Positions 55,384 to 64,000 of a stretch of 64,000 nt of DNA are shown here, in pieces. The DNA is taken from NCBI GenBank assembly GCA_964581365.1, contig CAZOOF010000005.1, forward strand, positions 12,872-76,871. The letters run 5' to 3'. Numbering within the stretch: position 1 is the first letter of the stretch; the number at the start of each line of letters is the position of its first letter. Under the pieces are notes generated by a model that had not been told where the DNA came from, searched no databases, and worked only from the letters and a program-made list of their open reading frames with translations. A program made the translations under genes and the position numbers. Source of the DNA: an uncultured Chromatiales bacterium (GTDB lineage Bacteria; Pseudomonadota; Gammaproteobacteria; SZUA-140).

Positions 55384-56748
55384 ATGCCCGAGAGATACGA
55401 AGTCATCGTGATCGGCAGCGGACCGGGGGGCGAGGGGGCGGCGATGAAGGCCGCCAAGGGAGGCCGGCGGGTCGCCGTGATCGAGGAGAAGCCGCAGGTC
55501 GGCGGCAACTGCACTCACACCTCCACCATTCCGAGCAAGGCGCTGCGACAGGCAGTGCAGCAGCTGGTGCAGACCGGACGTCAGGATCTGGCCCGCTTCG
55601 AGGAGCTGCTGCAGACCGCGCGCGGAGTGATCGACCGGCAGGTCAGCATGCGCACCGGTTTCTATCACCGTAACCGTGTGGACATCATCACCGGTCGCGC
55701 CCGCTTCATCGACACGCATACGGTCGAAGTAAGCGGCAGCGGCCCGCCGCGACCTTATCGGGCCGACACATTTGTGATCGCGACGGGGTCGCGACCATTC
55801 CATCCTCCCAACATCGACTTTTCGCATCCGCGCATCCTCGACAGCGACACCGTGCTCAGGCTTGCCGACAGCCCGCGCTCCATCACCATCTACGGCGCCG
55901 GGGTGGTCGGCTGCGAATATGCGTCGATTTTTCGCCATCTCGGCGTCAAGGTGAATCTGATCAATACGCGCCCGCAACTCCTCTCATTCCTCGACGATGA
56001 AATCGTGGATGCGCTTTCCTATCATTTTCGCGCCCAGGGCATCCTGATCCGGCACGGCGAGGTGTATGACCGGGTGGAGGCCAACGGGCAGTGCGTGACG
56101 CTGCATCTGAAGTCGCAGAAGCAGATCCGCTCCGATTACCTGCTGTGGACGCAGGGGCGGGCGGGCAATTCGGACGATCTCGGGTTGACGGAAATCGGGG
56201 TGCTGACCGACGCGCGCGGCTGCATCAGTGTGGATGAGCACTATCGCTCCTCGGTGCCGCACATTTACGCCGTCGGCGACGTCACCGGTCCTCCCAGTCT
56301 CGCCAGCGCTGCCTACGACCAGGGGCGCTACGCCGCCACCCATCTGCTGCGGGGCGACGGGGCAGTGGGGCTGCTGAAGAGCGTTCCGACGGGGATCTAT
56401 ACGCTGCCCGAAATCAGTTCGATCGGCGGCACCGAGCGCGAACTGACCGCCGAACGTGTTCCGTATGAGGTCGGACATTCACTGTTCCGTCATCTGGCGC
56501 GGGCGCAGATCTCGGGACACACGACCGGGATGCTGAAGATCCTTTTTCACCGCGAGACTCTCGAGATCCTGGGGATTCACTGTTTCGGCGATCAGGCGGC
56601 CGAGATCATCCATATCGGGCAGGCGGTGATGTCTCAGCCGGGCGCGGGCAATACCCTCAGGTATTTCGTGGATACCACCTTCAACTATCCGACCATGGCC
56701 GAGGCTTACCGGGTGGCTGCCCTGAACGGCCTCAACCGGATTTCCTGA
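55384..56748 (+). CDS. sthA: Soluble pyridine nucleotide transhydrogenase
   Basis: Colinear with E. coli SthA from [21 protein letters not shown] through GGNCTH..TIPSKAL to ...[27 protein letters not shown]. Confidence 0.95.
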   Translation: MPERYEVIVIGSGPGGEGAAMKAAKGGRRVAVIEEKPQVGGNCTHTSTIPSKALRQAVQQLVQTGRQDLARFEELLQTARGVIDRQVSMRTGFYHRNRVDIITGRARFIDTHTVEVSGSGPPRPYRADTFVIATGSRPFHPPNIDFSHPRILDSDTVLRLADSPRSITIYGAGVVGCEYASIFRHLGVKVNLINTRPQLLSFLDDEIVDALSYHFRAQGILIRHGEVYDRVEANGQCVTLHLKSQKQIRSDYLLWTQGRAGNSDDLGLTEIGVLTDARGCISVDEHYRSSVPHIYAVGDVTGPPSLASAAYDQGRYAATHLLRGDGAVGLLKSVPTGIYTLPEISSIGGTERELTAERVPYEVGHSLFRHLARAQISGHTTGMLKILFHRETLEILGIHCFGDQAAEIIHIGQAVMSQPGAGNTLRYFVDTTFNYPTMAEAYRVAALNGLNRIS

Positions 56749-56784
56749 TGTACAATGACCGCTGGATAGCGGCCGGAACCACAC

Positions 56785-56997
56785 ATGAAAGAACTCGTTC
56801 GTTTTGCAGGCTACTCCGCTGCGACCGCGGCGATCATTATGTTCATCATCTTCATGGCCCGCTTCGATGATGCATCGGGCACCTTCCTGGTGGTGACCGC
56901 CATCGTGGTGGTGATCATCCTTCCGGTGCTGATCGGAGTTTTCATGGGGCGCCGTGAGCATGCCCGCCGTGCTCGGGAAGAGTCTGAGCAAAAGTGA
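56785..56997 (+). CDS. Small hypothetical membrane protein (70 aa, 2 TM)
   Basis: Two hydrophobic segments and a basic C-terminus. Low confidence. Confidence 0.4.
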   Translation: MKELVRFAGYSAATAAIIMFIIFMARFDDASGTFLVVTAIVVVIILPVLIGVFMGRREHARRAREESEQK

Positions 56998-57131
56998 ACA
57001 GGATGCTGATTGTTCAGGGCAAGAGTCCGGTTTTGTCAGGTGGAGGATGAAGTGTCCACAGCTCGGGCCGCCCTGATGATCGGGCCCTGAGGCTGCGGAC
57101 TCGGCACGGCTCGGGGCGAAGCGGCTCCGCG

Positions 57132-58439
57132 GTGAAAATCTCCCAGGGTATTTCTCAGAACAACTTCGGGCAAGGAATCATCAATATGGTGCAACGTTCT
57201 AACGATTCAGGCGATTTTGTCGTGGCGTATTATGCCGGTAATCGCCAGACCGGCAGTCTGGTCTTGATTCACCGCCAGCACGGCGAAACGCGGATCGAAC
57301 CGATTCCCACGCTGCCCGAGAGCGGTCTGTCCCCGGAACTGCGGCCCGTGTTCGTCGGACTCGACGCGGCGGAGCGCAAGGTCATCCTGCTGGATCCGAA
57401 GAGCAAGGAAATCCGCGCGCAGGACGGTTTTCCGGCCGACGCCTTTCCTGCGCACATCTACGAGGATCCCGAATCCAGCCGCCGCTGGTTCATGAACGAC
57501 GGTGACAAGGAGGCGGGCAATGATCGCCTCAACTGCGGCGACCGCGGTTCATCAGTGACCGTGATCGAGGACGTGGACAGCGTCCAGGCCCGCTTCCTGA
57601 AGACGGTCTGCGTCGGCCGCGGCCACCATCAGGCCAGCTTTTCCCGTCCGACGCCGAGCGCGCCGGATGTGCCGCGACGCGCCTGGATCAGCAACCTCAA
57701 GGACGGCTCGATTTCCGTGATCGGCAACGATCCAGCTGCAGACGACTTCCTGCAAGTGATCGAGACCATCGACCTGGGTGAGCCCGAGCGCGAGGAGGGC
57801 GGACGCACCGGCATCCCCAACAATGCGTTTCCGCACGGGCTGGTCTTCTCGCCGCTCACCGGCAAGATGTACAACCTGAACAACGGCTACGGCAATATTG
57901 CGGTGATCGACCCGCGCAGCTGCCGGATCGAGGACCGCGTGCCCTTCAAGGGCCACAGCAATCTGTTCATGGTGCCGGGCGGGCGCTACATCATCGGCCG
58001 CGGCGCCGACCGTAAATCCGATCCGGCGCACGTGGTCGCCCATCTGACCGTGCTCGATCTGGAAACCATGACTGTCGCAGACCGGCTGACCCTGCCGGAC
58101 ATCTACGTCAGCAAGTACTACTTCGATCCGGATGGTACCCGTCTGTTCATGACCACCGGCAGTTCCGGCAGCCCGGAGCAGCAGGCTAACCTCAAGCCCG
58201 ACGCTCTCCTGGTCGTCGACCTTACTGCCCTGCCGCGCCTGTCGCTGCGGCGGGAGCTGCGCCTGGGATCGTCCTCAGGTTCACTGGCGATCGCGAAGCG
58301 CGAACATGGCCTGCGTCTGTTTTCATCGAACGGCGAGGCGGGCGCGATCGTGGTCATCGACGGCGACCACGACGAGGTGCTCGAAACCATACCGGTAGGC
58401 GAGTGCATGTCCCATTCCCGGGTCTGGCTGCCTGCTTGA
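57132..58439 (+). CDS. YVTN-type beta-propeller repeat protein
   Basis: Recurrent h-h-V-I-D-x(6-8)-V-x-x-I-P-V-G blade motifs (ISVIGNDPAADDFLQVIETIDLG, IAVIDPRSCRIEDRVPF, IVVIDGDHDEVLETIPVG). No clear signal peptide, and the start could be M18. Confidence 0.5.
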   Translation: MKISQGISQNNFGQGIINMVQRSNDSGDFVVAYYAGNRQTGSLVLIHRQHGETRIEPIPTLPESGLSPELRPVFVGLDAAERKVILLDPKSKEIRAQDGFPADAFPAHIYEDPESSRRWFMNDGDKEAGNDRLNCGDRGSSVTVIEDVDSVQARFLKTVCVGRGHHQASFSRPTPSAPDVPRRAWISNLKDGSISVIGNDPAADDFLQVIETIDLGEPEREEGGRTGIPNNAFPHGLVFSPLTGKMYNLNNGYGNIAVIDPRSCRIEDRVPFKGHSNLFMVPGGRYIIGRGADRKSDPAHVVAHLTVLDLETMTVADRLTLPDIYVSKYYFDPDGTRLFMTTGSSGSPEQQANLKPDALLVVDLTALPRLSLRRELRLGSSSGSLAIAKREHGLRLFSSNGEAGAIVVIDGDHDEVLETIPVGECMSHSRVWLPA

Positions 58440-58485
58440 CGACGGATCCAGGGCCGGTCCTGCTGCCGGCCCTGCTTCCTCCGCG

Positions 58486-60405
58486 CTAATACCAGAACCG
58501 CGTCCTCAGAAACACGTAGCGGGGAATCTCCTGCGGACCGAACTCGGCCTGGGCGCCATTGACGTTCTGGCTGATCAGCGCCACTTCCCAGTTTCTGTTC
58601 TGCCAGGCGAGCCGCAGGTCCACGTTGTTGTGTGCCGCTACCCCGGGCTCGCCCAGAAGCGGGCCCGGACCGATGCTGCCGACTCTGCGCATGAAGATGT
58701 CGAACTGGAAGCCGCCGCCGAGATCCATCATCGAGTGCAGCCCGAGCACGTACCTCGAATCCCGGTCGCCGGCGATATCGAGGTTGCCGGTGACCGCCGG
58801 GCTGGTCGCCTCGAAGTCTGAATCCAGGTAGGAATAGAAGGCGCGCAGCCGCCATCGATCGGTTACCGCGAACATTCCGAACAGTTCAGCGCCCCAGCTG
58901 TTTACATCGAGCCCGTTGACATAGATGAGCTGCGGCGGCGGATCCGAATTGACGTTTATGCTGCGCAGTCCGCGGTAGCGCTCGTAATGAGTTGCGATGG
59001 AAAGCGACACTCGAGGCGTCGGCTGACAGCGGTAGCCGATCTCGTAGGCGAGGACGCTTTCGTTGTGGAAGTCGGGGTCGCCGCGGATTTCATCGGTGGC
59101 GAGGTCACGATCCAGGCGTGTCGGAAAGCGGATCGCCCGTGACACCGCGGACCACAGCGTCGCGTTTTCCGCGAGGCGCCAGGCGAGTCGCACGCTGGGC
59201 TGGAATCCGAACCCTCCGAACTCGGCTTCGGAGAGCTTGGTGCCTGCGGTCAGCAGGAGTCTGTCCGGACGAAGCACGAACTCTCCCTGCACGAAAGCGT
59301 TGATACTGTCCAGCCGGCGGTGCTCCGGTAGCAGAAAGGGCGCACCAGTGCGTGAAGTCGACCAATCGGCATGCGAGCGGTAATTCGCCCCCCAGACAAT
59401 GTTGGTCGATGCGCCGGTCCGGTACCGGTGCTGCAGTTCGATCTCGAAAATCTCCTCTTTCAGATCGAATGAGGGCAATGCCCGCCAGCGTCGATCGGTA
59501 TAGGTCGTCAGGCGCCAGTGCGAATCCTCGCTCTGATCGTGACTCCAGATCGCCATCAAATTATGACCGTTGAGGCCGAGCTCCGGGTCGAGGCCCTCAT
59601 CGCCCGAGTAGATGTCTCCCTGCAGGGTCAGCTGATCGCGAGCGGTCGGATTCAGATCCATGCGGAACCCGCCCTGGTGCAAGGTCCACTCGTCGCTGCC
59701 ATCCGAGGCCAGCGCGTCACGCTGCAGTTGCTGTCCGTAGACGCGGAAATGGCCCAGCTCTCCCAGCTTGCCGCCGTACCTCAGCGAGAAGTCTTCGAGC
59801 AGCGCGCCGACGGTCACATTGCCGTACCAGCCCTGTGTCTGCGATGCCGGGCGGCGGATGATATTGATTACACCATTGACCGCGTTAGCGCCCCATAAGG
59901 TTCCGCCCGGACCGCTTACTACTTCGATGCGGTCGATGTCGTCGAGCAGCACGTTATGGTTGTCCCAGAACACGCCGCCGAACACCGGTGTATAAACCGG
60001 GCGGCCATCGATCATTACCAGCAGTTTGTTGGCCAGTGTTCCGGCTTCGGTTCTCAGACTGATCAAACCGCGGGAAGTGACCGCCCAGTCGTTGGACGTG
60101 ATCTGCTTGACCTGAAGATTGGGCGCAAGGCGCAGCGCTTCGGGCAGCAGACTCGCACCGGAGCGGCGGACTTCCTCGCCGGTGATGATCTGGATTGCCG
60201 AGGCTGCAGTGGCGAGTGGTTCCGGACGGCGGGAAACGGAGGTAATGGGAACCTGCGTCAACTCTTCGATGCTGAGGTCGATGAGTTCGGCGACGCGGGC
60301 CGGTGCTTCGGTACACAAGGCGAGCAGGGCGAGACCGCCGGCGATACGTCCCGGAAGCCGTAATCCCGATAGCGCCTCGAGTCCCCTCAGGCGCCCGCAA
60401 TTCAT
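58486..60405 (-). CDS. TonB-dependent outer-membrane receptor (about 640 aa class)
   Basis: Trimmed to MNCGRLRGLEALSGLRLPGRIAGGLALLALCTEAPA. TonB box ELIDLSIEEL, a plug and a barrel ending ...FLRTRFWY. Confidence 0.85.
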   Translation of the reverse strand: MNCGRLRGLEALSGLRLPGRIAGGLALLALCTEAPARVAELIDLSIEELTQVPITSVSRRPEPLATAASAIQIITGEEVRRSGASLLPEALRLAPNLQVKQITSNDWAVTSRGLISLRTEAGTLANKLLVMIDGRPVYTPVFGGVFWDNHNVLLDDIDRIEVVSGPGGTLWGANAVNGVINIIRRPASQTQGWYGNVTVGALLEDFSLRYGGKLGELGHFRVYGQQLQRDALASDGSDEWTLHQGGFRMDLNPTARDQLTLQGDIYSGDEGLDPELGLNGHNLMAIWSHDQSEDSHWRLTTYTDRRWRALPSFDLKEEIFEIELQHRYRTGASTNIVWGANYRSHADWSTSRTGAPFLLPEHRRLDSINAFVQGEFVLRPDRLLLTAGTKLSEAEFGGFGFQPSVRLAWRLAENATLWSAVSRAIRFPTRLDRDLATDEIRGDPDFHNESVLAYEIGYRCQPTPRVSLSIATHYERYRGLRSINVNSDPPPQLIYVNGLDVNSWGAELFGMFAVTDRWRLRAFYSYLDSDFEATSPAVTGNLDIAGDRDSRYVLGLHSMMDLGGGFQFDIFMRRVGSIGPGPLLGEPGVAAHNNVDLRLAWQNRNWEVALISQNVNGAQAEFGPQEIPRYVFLRTRFWY

Positions 60406-60588
60406 GGATGTGGGAATCTCGATCGGATCGGTTTCATGCGATACCGCTCCAACGGACGGATGCGCTATACTCACACGCGCCGGATAGCGTGTAAAGAGCA
60501 AGACCCGCGTCGAAGTGCTGTCATTGGCGCTGATCCGTCATCCGCATTCGCATCCGCGACCTGCGGCCTGGCATAGCCGGGAGAGCAC

Positions 60589-61227
60589 GTGTCGGAGAAC
60601 ACCGGGGCACCAGGATCTCGCTTGTTTGTGCGCCAGGACGTCCTCGGTGCCCGCTCCCTTTTGTTGCGCGCGTTCTGTCTTCTTTTCCTCCTTTTTTATT
60701 TCACCATCCCTTCGTTGCTCATTGCTTCGTCGGTAGTTACGCCGGTTTCGGCGCAACCGGACGGTCGTCTGGAGGCCGATATAAAAGCGGCGTTTCTCTA
60801 TCACTTCGGCGCCTACGTGGACTGGCCGCCAGGCACTTTCGGCGGAGCCGGCGATCCGCTCGTCATTGGTGTCACCGATGCTGAAGTGCTCGAGCCCCTG
60901 GTGGAAATCGTACGTACTCGCACTATCCGTAATCGCCCGCTGTCGGTAAAAAGAATTCGCAGTATCGACGACCTCTCCCGCGTCCACATGCTCTACGTGA
61001 GTGATAAGACCGATCCGGACTCGGCTGCTGCTTATTTGCGGTCGGTGCGCGGGCAGCCGGTGCTGACGGTCACCGACAGCGCCTACACCGGCAATGCCGT
61101 TCTGACTTTCGTGATCGATCAGGACAGAGTCCGCTTCGATGTCTCGTTGCCGCTGGCGGAGTCGAGCGATCTGCGCGTGAGCGCGCGTCTGCTCAGCGTA
61201 GCCCGACGCGTCGAGGAGGCGAAGTAA
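60589..61227 (+). CDS. DUF4154 (YfiR-like) periplasmic protein
   Basis: Signal or TM segment, then IKAAFLYHFGAYVDWP matching the DUF4154/YfiR signature. The stop is immediately followed by the kinase ATG. Confidence 0.65.
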   Translation: MSENTGAPGSRLFVRQDVLGARSLLLRAFCLLFLLFYFTIPSLLIASSVVTPVSAQPDGRLEADIKAAFLYHFGAYVDWPPGTFGGAGDPLVIGVTDAEVLEPLVEIVRTRTIRNRPLSVKRIRSIDDLSRVHMLYVSDKTDPDSAAAYLRSVRGQPVLTVTDSAYTGNAVLTFVIDQDRVRFDVSLPLAESSDLRVSARLLSVARRVEEAK

Positions 61228-62832
61228 ATGACCTTCCGGCGCATCATGAGATCGATACGTCTCAAGCTGCTGACCGCCATCCTGGTGACTACCGCGGTTG
61301 CTCTGCTGCTCGCGGGCGCCGCTCTTCTGCATATCGATATGCGCGATTTCCAGGGAGTGGCGATGCGGGATATGCAGACGCAGCTCGCCCTCATCGGCCG
61401 CGCCTCGGCCCCGGCGCTGCAGTTCGGTGATCCGCAGGTGGCGGCGGAGAACCTCAGTCTGCTCGATATCCGTCCAGGGTTCGAGTCCGCCGCCGTCTAC
61501 AACGCCCAGGGGCAGCTGTTCGCAACTTATGTGCGTCATGGAGAGGAGGAAGAGTTTCCGCGCTTCCCGGGCAACGAGGGAGTCTGGGTCAGCGCAGGGC
61601 GGATGTATGCTTTTCACCGCATCATCTTCGAGGATCAGATCGTGGGAACGATCTATGCACGCGCTTCCCATCCGGTCAGGGAACGGCTGCTTCAGGGCGC
61701 AGGAACCATCGGTCTGATCATCATCGCTGCGCTCGGGCTGGCGGCACTGATGAGCGGCTGGTTGCAGTGGTTCCTGATCCGACCGATCCTCGGCATATCC
61801 GCCACTGCCCGCAAGATCGTCAGCAGCAGGGACTATTCCCTGCGGGCCGAGAAGCTCAGTGACGATGAAGTCGGAACCCTCGCCGATTCATTCAATGCGA
61901 TGCTGGCCGAGATCGAGGCGCGCGCGGACGAGCTCGAGCGCTTCAATCGCGATCTGCAGAACGAAGTCGCCGAGCGTCGCCGTGTTGAGGTCGAGGTCTG
62001 GCGGCTGAACCGCGAGCTGGACAGCCGGGTCAGAAAGCGGACACGGCAGCTCGAGCAGGCCAATTCCGAGCTGGAGGCGTTTGTATACTCCGTATCGCAC
62101 GATCTGCGGGCGCCGCTGCGGTCGATCGACGGCTACGGGGACGCGCTCGCCGAAGAGCTGGGCGACGCGCTGTCGGAAGATGCAAAGCGCTATCTCGACA
62201 AGATCCGCTCCTCGACCCAGCGCATGGAGCAGCTGATCGAGGAGCTGCTTCATCTGTCCCGGCTGTCGCGCGCGGAGATGCACTATCAGACGGTTGATCT
62301 CACGGCGATGGCAAATGAGATCATCGAGGAACACCGGCAGCGTGAGCCGGAGCGCAAGGTGCATGCGGTGGTATGGGATGGCATCACTGCCAAGGGCGAT
62401 CCGCAGCTGATCCGGGTGGCGATGGTGAATCTGCTCAGCAACGCGTGGAAGTTCACCGGCCGTACGGAAAACCCGACCATTGAGGTCGGTATGCTGGAAG
62501 AGGATGGACGATCAGTATATTTCGTCAGAGATAACGGCGCCGGATTCGATATGGCATACTCGGACAAGCTGTTCGGTGTGTTCCAGCGCCTGCATGGCCA
62601 GAATGAATTCCCCGGAACCGGAATAGGTCTGGCCACGGTGCATCGCGTCATCCGGCGCCATGGCGGCAGGATCTGGGTTCACGCGGCTCTGGGACGGGGC
62701 GCGGTCTTTTATTTTACTCTGCGTCCGGATGCCGCTTCCGCCAGCGACGACGACACGGAAGAAGAAGGCGAAGACGGAGCCCCGGGTGATGGCGATGGGA
62801 CGCAACCCGGCGGAAGACTGCCACCGGTCTGA
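61228..62832 (+). CDS. Sensor histidine kinase (TM-periplasmic domain-TM-HAMP-HisKA-HATPase_c)
   Basis: A ~150-aa periplasmic domain between two TM helices, then HAMP (LADSFNAMLAEIE), a coiled coil, H-box SVSHDLRAPLRSI, N-box LLSNAWKF and G-boxes DNGAGF...GTGIGLA. Confidence 0.9.
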   Translation: MTFRRIMRSIRLKLLTAILVTTAVALLLAGAALLHIDMRDFQGVAMRDMQTQLALIGRASAPALQFGDPQVAAENLSLLDIRPGFESAAVYNAQGQLFATYVRHGEEEEFPRFPGNEGVWVSAGRMYAFHRIIFEDQIVGTIYARASHPVRERLLQGAGTIGLIIIAALGLAALMSGWLQWFLIRPILGISATARKIVSSRDYSLRAEKLSDDEVGTLADSFNAMLAEIEARADELERFNRDLQNEVAERRRVEVEVWRLNRELDSRVRKRTRQLEQANSELEAFVYSVSHDLRAPLRSIDGYGDALAEELGDALSEDAKRYLDKIRSSTQRMEQLIEELLHLSRLSRAEMHYQTVDLTAMANEIIEEHRQREPERKVHAVVWDGITAKGDPQLIRVAMVNLLSNAWKFTGRTENPTIEVGMLEEDGRSVYFVRDNGAGFDMAYSDKLFGVFQRLHGQNEFPGTGIGLATVHRVIRRHGGRIWVHAALGRGAVFYFTLRPDAASASDDDTEEEGEDGAPGDGDGTQPGGRLPPV

Positions 62833-62846
62833 CGGAGGCGTGCATC

Positions 62847-63299
62847 ATGCCGGAAAGACTCATTCTGCTGGTCGAGGACAATGAGGAGGATGAGGAGCTT
62901 GCGCTGAGAGCATTGCGCCGCTCCCAGGTTGCCGATCGGATCGAAGTTGCTCGCGACGGCGAGGAGGCGCTCGCTTATCTGTTCTGCGAAGGCCCCTGGC
63001 GGGACCGCGATGCCAGCCGGCAGCCCGACCTGATCCTGCTCGATCTCAAGCTCCCGAAGCTCGACGGCATCGATGTGCTCAGGCGCCTGCGCGCGGACGA
63101 GCGGACGCGGCGAATTCCGGTGGTGGTCTTCAGTTCATCCAGCGAGGATGAAGATATCCTTCGCAGCTATTGCTCGGGCGCCAACAGCTACGTCAGCAAG
63201 CCCGTTTCATTCTCCTGCTTCGCCAGGACCATCGGCCAACTTGGCGAATACTGGCTGACCCTCAATCAGTCTCCCTGCCGTCCGCCTCCGCCCGCCTGA
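62847..63299 (+). CDS. Stand-alone receiver-domain response regulator (CheY-like)
   Basis: ILLVEDNEEDEELALRAL, LILLDLKLPKLDG, PVVVFSSS and SYVSKP. Confidence 0.85.
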   Translation: MPERLILLVEDNEEDEELALRALRRSQVADRIEVARDGEEALAYLFCEGPWRDRDASRQPDLILLDLKLPKLDGIDVLRRLRADERTRRIPVVVFSSSSEDEDILRSYCSGANSYVSKPVSFSCFARTIGQLGEYWLTLNQSPCRPPPPA

Positions 63300-63472
63300 G
63301 CGTCCGCCGCGGGCGCAGTGGCGCAGCGGCAGGTGATCTCACCCTCCCATGGTGACTCCACCCTCGTCGAACTCGCGGGAGCACTCGATTTTGCCAGCTT
63401 CCGCGCTGGCGGGATTCATGCAAGGGCGTGTAGAGCGTCATCCGACGCATCCAGCCCGAGGAGACGAGATCC

Positions 63473-64000
63473 ATGGCACTCGATCTGCTGCATGAGAAGG
63501 GAACGCCCCTGGAGAAACAGGTATTCACCTGGCGCGACCTTGCGCCTCATCCCTACAGCAAGCTCGATGACGACGCCTTCACCCGCGTGCGCGTCATCCT
63601 GATGAATGGCATCGAGGCGGGCACCATACGGTTCAGTCATGGCGCGGCGAGCATGGTCAATGGCGAACTGCGGCAGCAGCTCGCCCTGACGCGTCGTATC
63701 GATCACATGCAGCAGGTGATGGTCAACTGGCTGAATCCTGCCGACCAGACACCGCTCGAAACGACCATAGGATACGAACAGGTCGCCATCGAAGTCACCG
63801 CCAGCGTCGCTCAGCACGAGCCGGATCCCTATCTGGCGCAGGTCTACCGCTTTGGAATGCTCGAAGATTTCGATCACCTGTACCGCTTCTCGGCTCTGCT
63901 CGATCGGCTCGAGGGAAAGGATCCCAACAACCTCTTGCAGAGCTACACGGATATCGCTCCCGGGCGGCCGACCGTGGTCGAGCACCGTCACCCGCTCGAT
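63473..64000 (+). CDS. Hypothetical protein, 3'-truncated by the window edge
   Basis: ATG at 63473 with an open GC3-rich frame to the end of the window. The track does not list it because it has no stop. No family recognised. Confidence 0.4.
   Translation, partial: MALDLLHEKGTPLEKQVFTWRDLAPHPYSKLDDDAFTRVRVILMNGIEAGTIRFSHGAASMVNGELRQQLALTRRIDHMQQVMVNWLNPADQTPLETTIGYEQVAIEVTASVAQHEPDPYLAQVYRFGMLEDFDHLYRFSALLDRLEGKDPNNLLQSYTDIAPGRPTVVEHRHPLD

Noticed and set aside
60406-60588. Cobalamin riboswitch call for the TonB receptor leader
   Set aside because: No clear B12 box (GCCACTG-type) is visible by eye. Kept only as a low-confidence finding pending a covariance-model scan.
1-64000. CRISPR arrays, IS elements, integrases, prophage or toxin-antitoxin pairs
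   Set aside because: I looked for regularly spaced direct repeats, transposase- or integrase-like ORFs and compositional islands. None were found apart from the Fur-box AT-rich island. The tRNA-Leu has no adjacent integrase or duplicated 3' end.

Overview
This window is a high-GC (roughly two-thirds G+C by eye) chromosomal segment. Its gene content is typical of a gamma-proteobacterium, with Ectothiorhodospiraceae/Chromatiales-like flavour: RND efflux, GlrK-QseG-GlrR, SthA, Lon, cytochrome c' and TonB-dependent receptors. I can support about 70 protein genes, one tRNA-Leu(TAG), several rho-independent-type hairpins and a few regulatory sites read directly from the sequence (Fur box, TetR-type palindrome, sigma-54 promoter with upstream TGTC-N10-GAC sites). 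I found no CRISPR array, integrase/transposase or prophage signature. Many long ORFs in the supplied track are arginine- or serine-rich antisense artefacts of real genes on the other strand and were discarded. Coordinates of hand-trimmed starts are approximate (+/-1-3 nt); where my hand count conflicted with the ORF track I trusted the track. The parts most worth a second look are: (1) a tight five-gene operon of a C39-like cysteine peptidase, a RimK-like ATP-grasp ligase with an N-terminal extension, a GCS2 carboxylate-amine ligase, an N-formylglutamate-amidohydrolase-like protein and a small membrane protein, which looks like an uncharacterised peptide or amide-forming pathway (49.4-53.6 kb); (2) a glrK-qseG-glrR homologue where the position taken by the glmY sRNA in enterobacteria is instead occupied by tandem secreted EF-hand protein genes, driven by a near-consensus sigma-54 promoter with two upstream TGTC-N10-GACG sites (28.8-34.1 kb); (3) a cluster combining a SLOG-superfamily molybdenum-carrier-like gene, an APH-family kinase and a long-form LOG protein (37.2-40.7 kb); (4) a Fur-box-containing divergent region between a Fiu/PiuA-like TonB receptor and a PiuC/YbiX hydroxylase that is translationally coupled to an FMN-dependent alpha-hydroxy-acid oxidase; (5) a CFA-synthase-family methyltransferase translationally coupled to an FAD-dependent reductase, the same logic as 10-methyl fatty-acid synthesis; and (6) a YfiR-like DUF4154 gene coupled to a sensor kinase.
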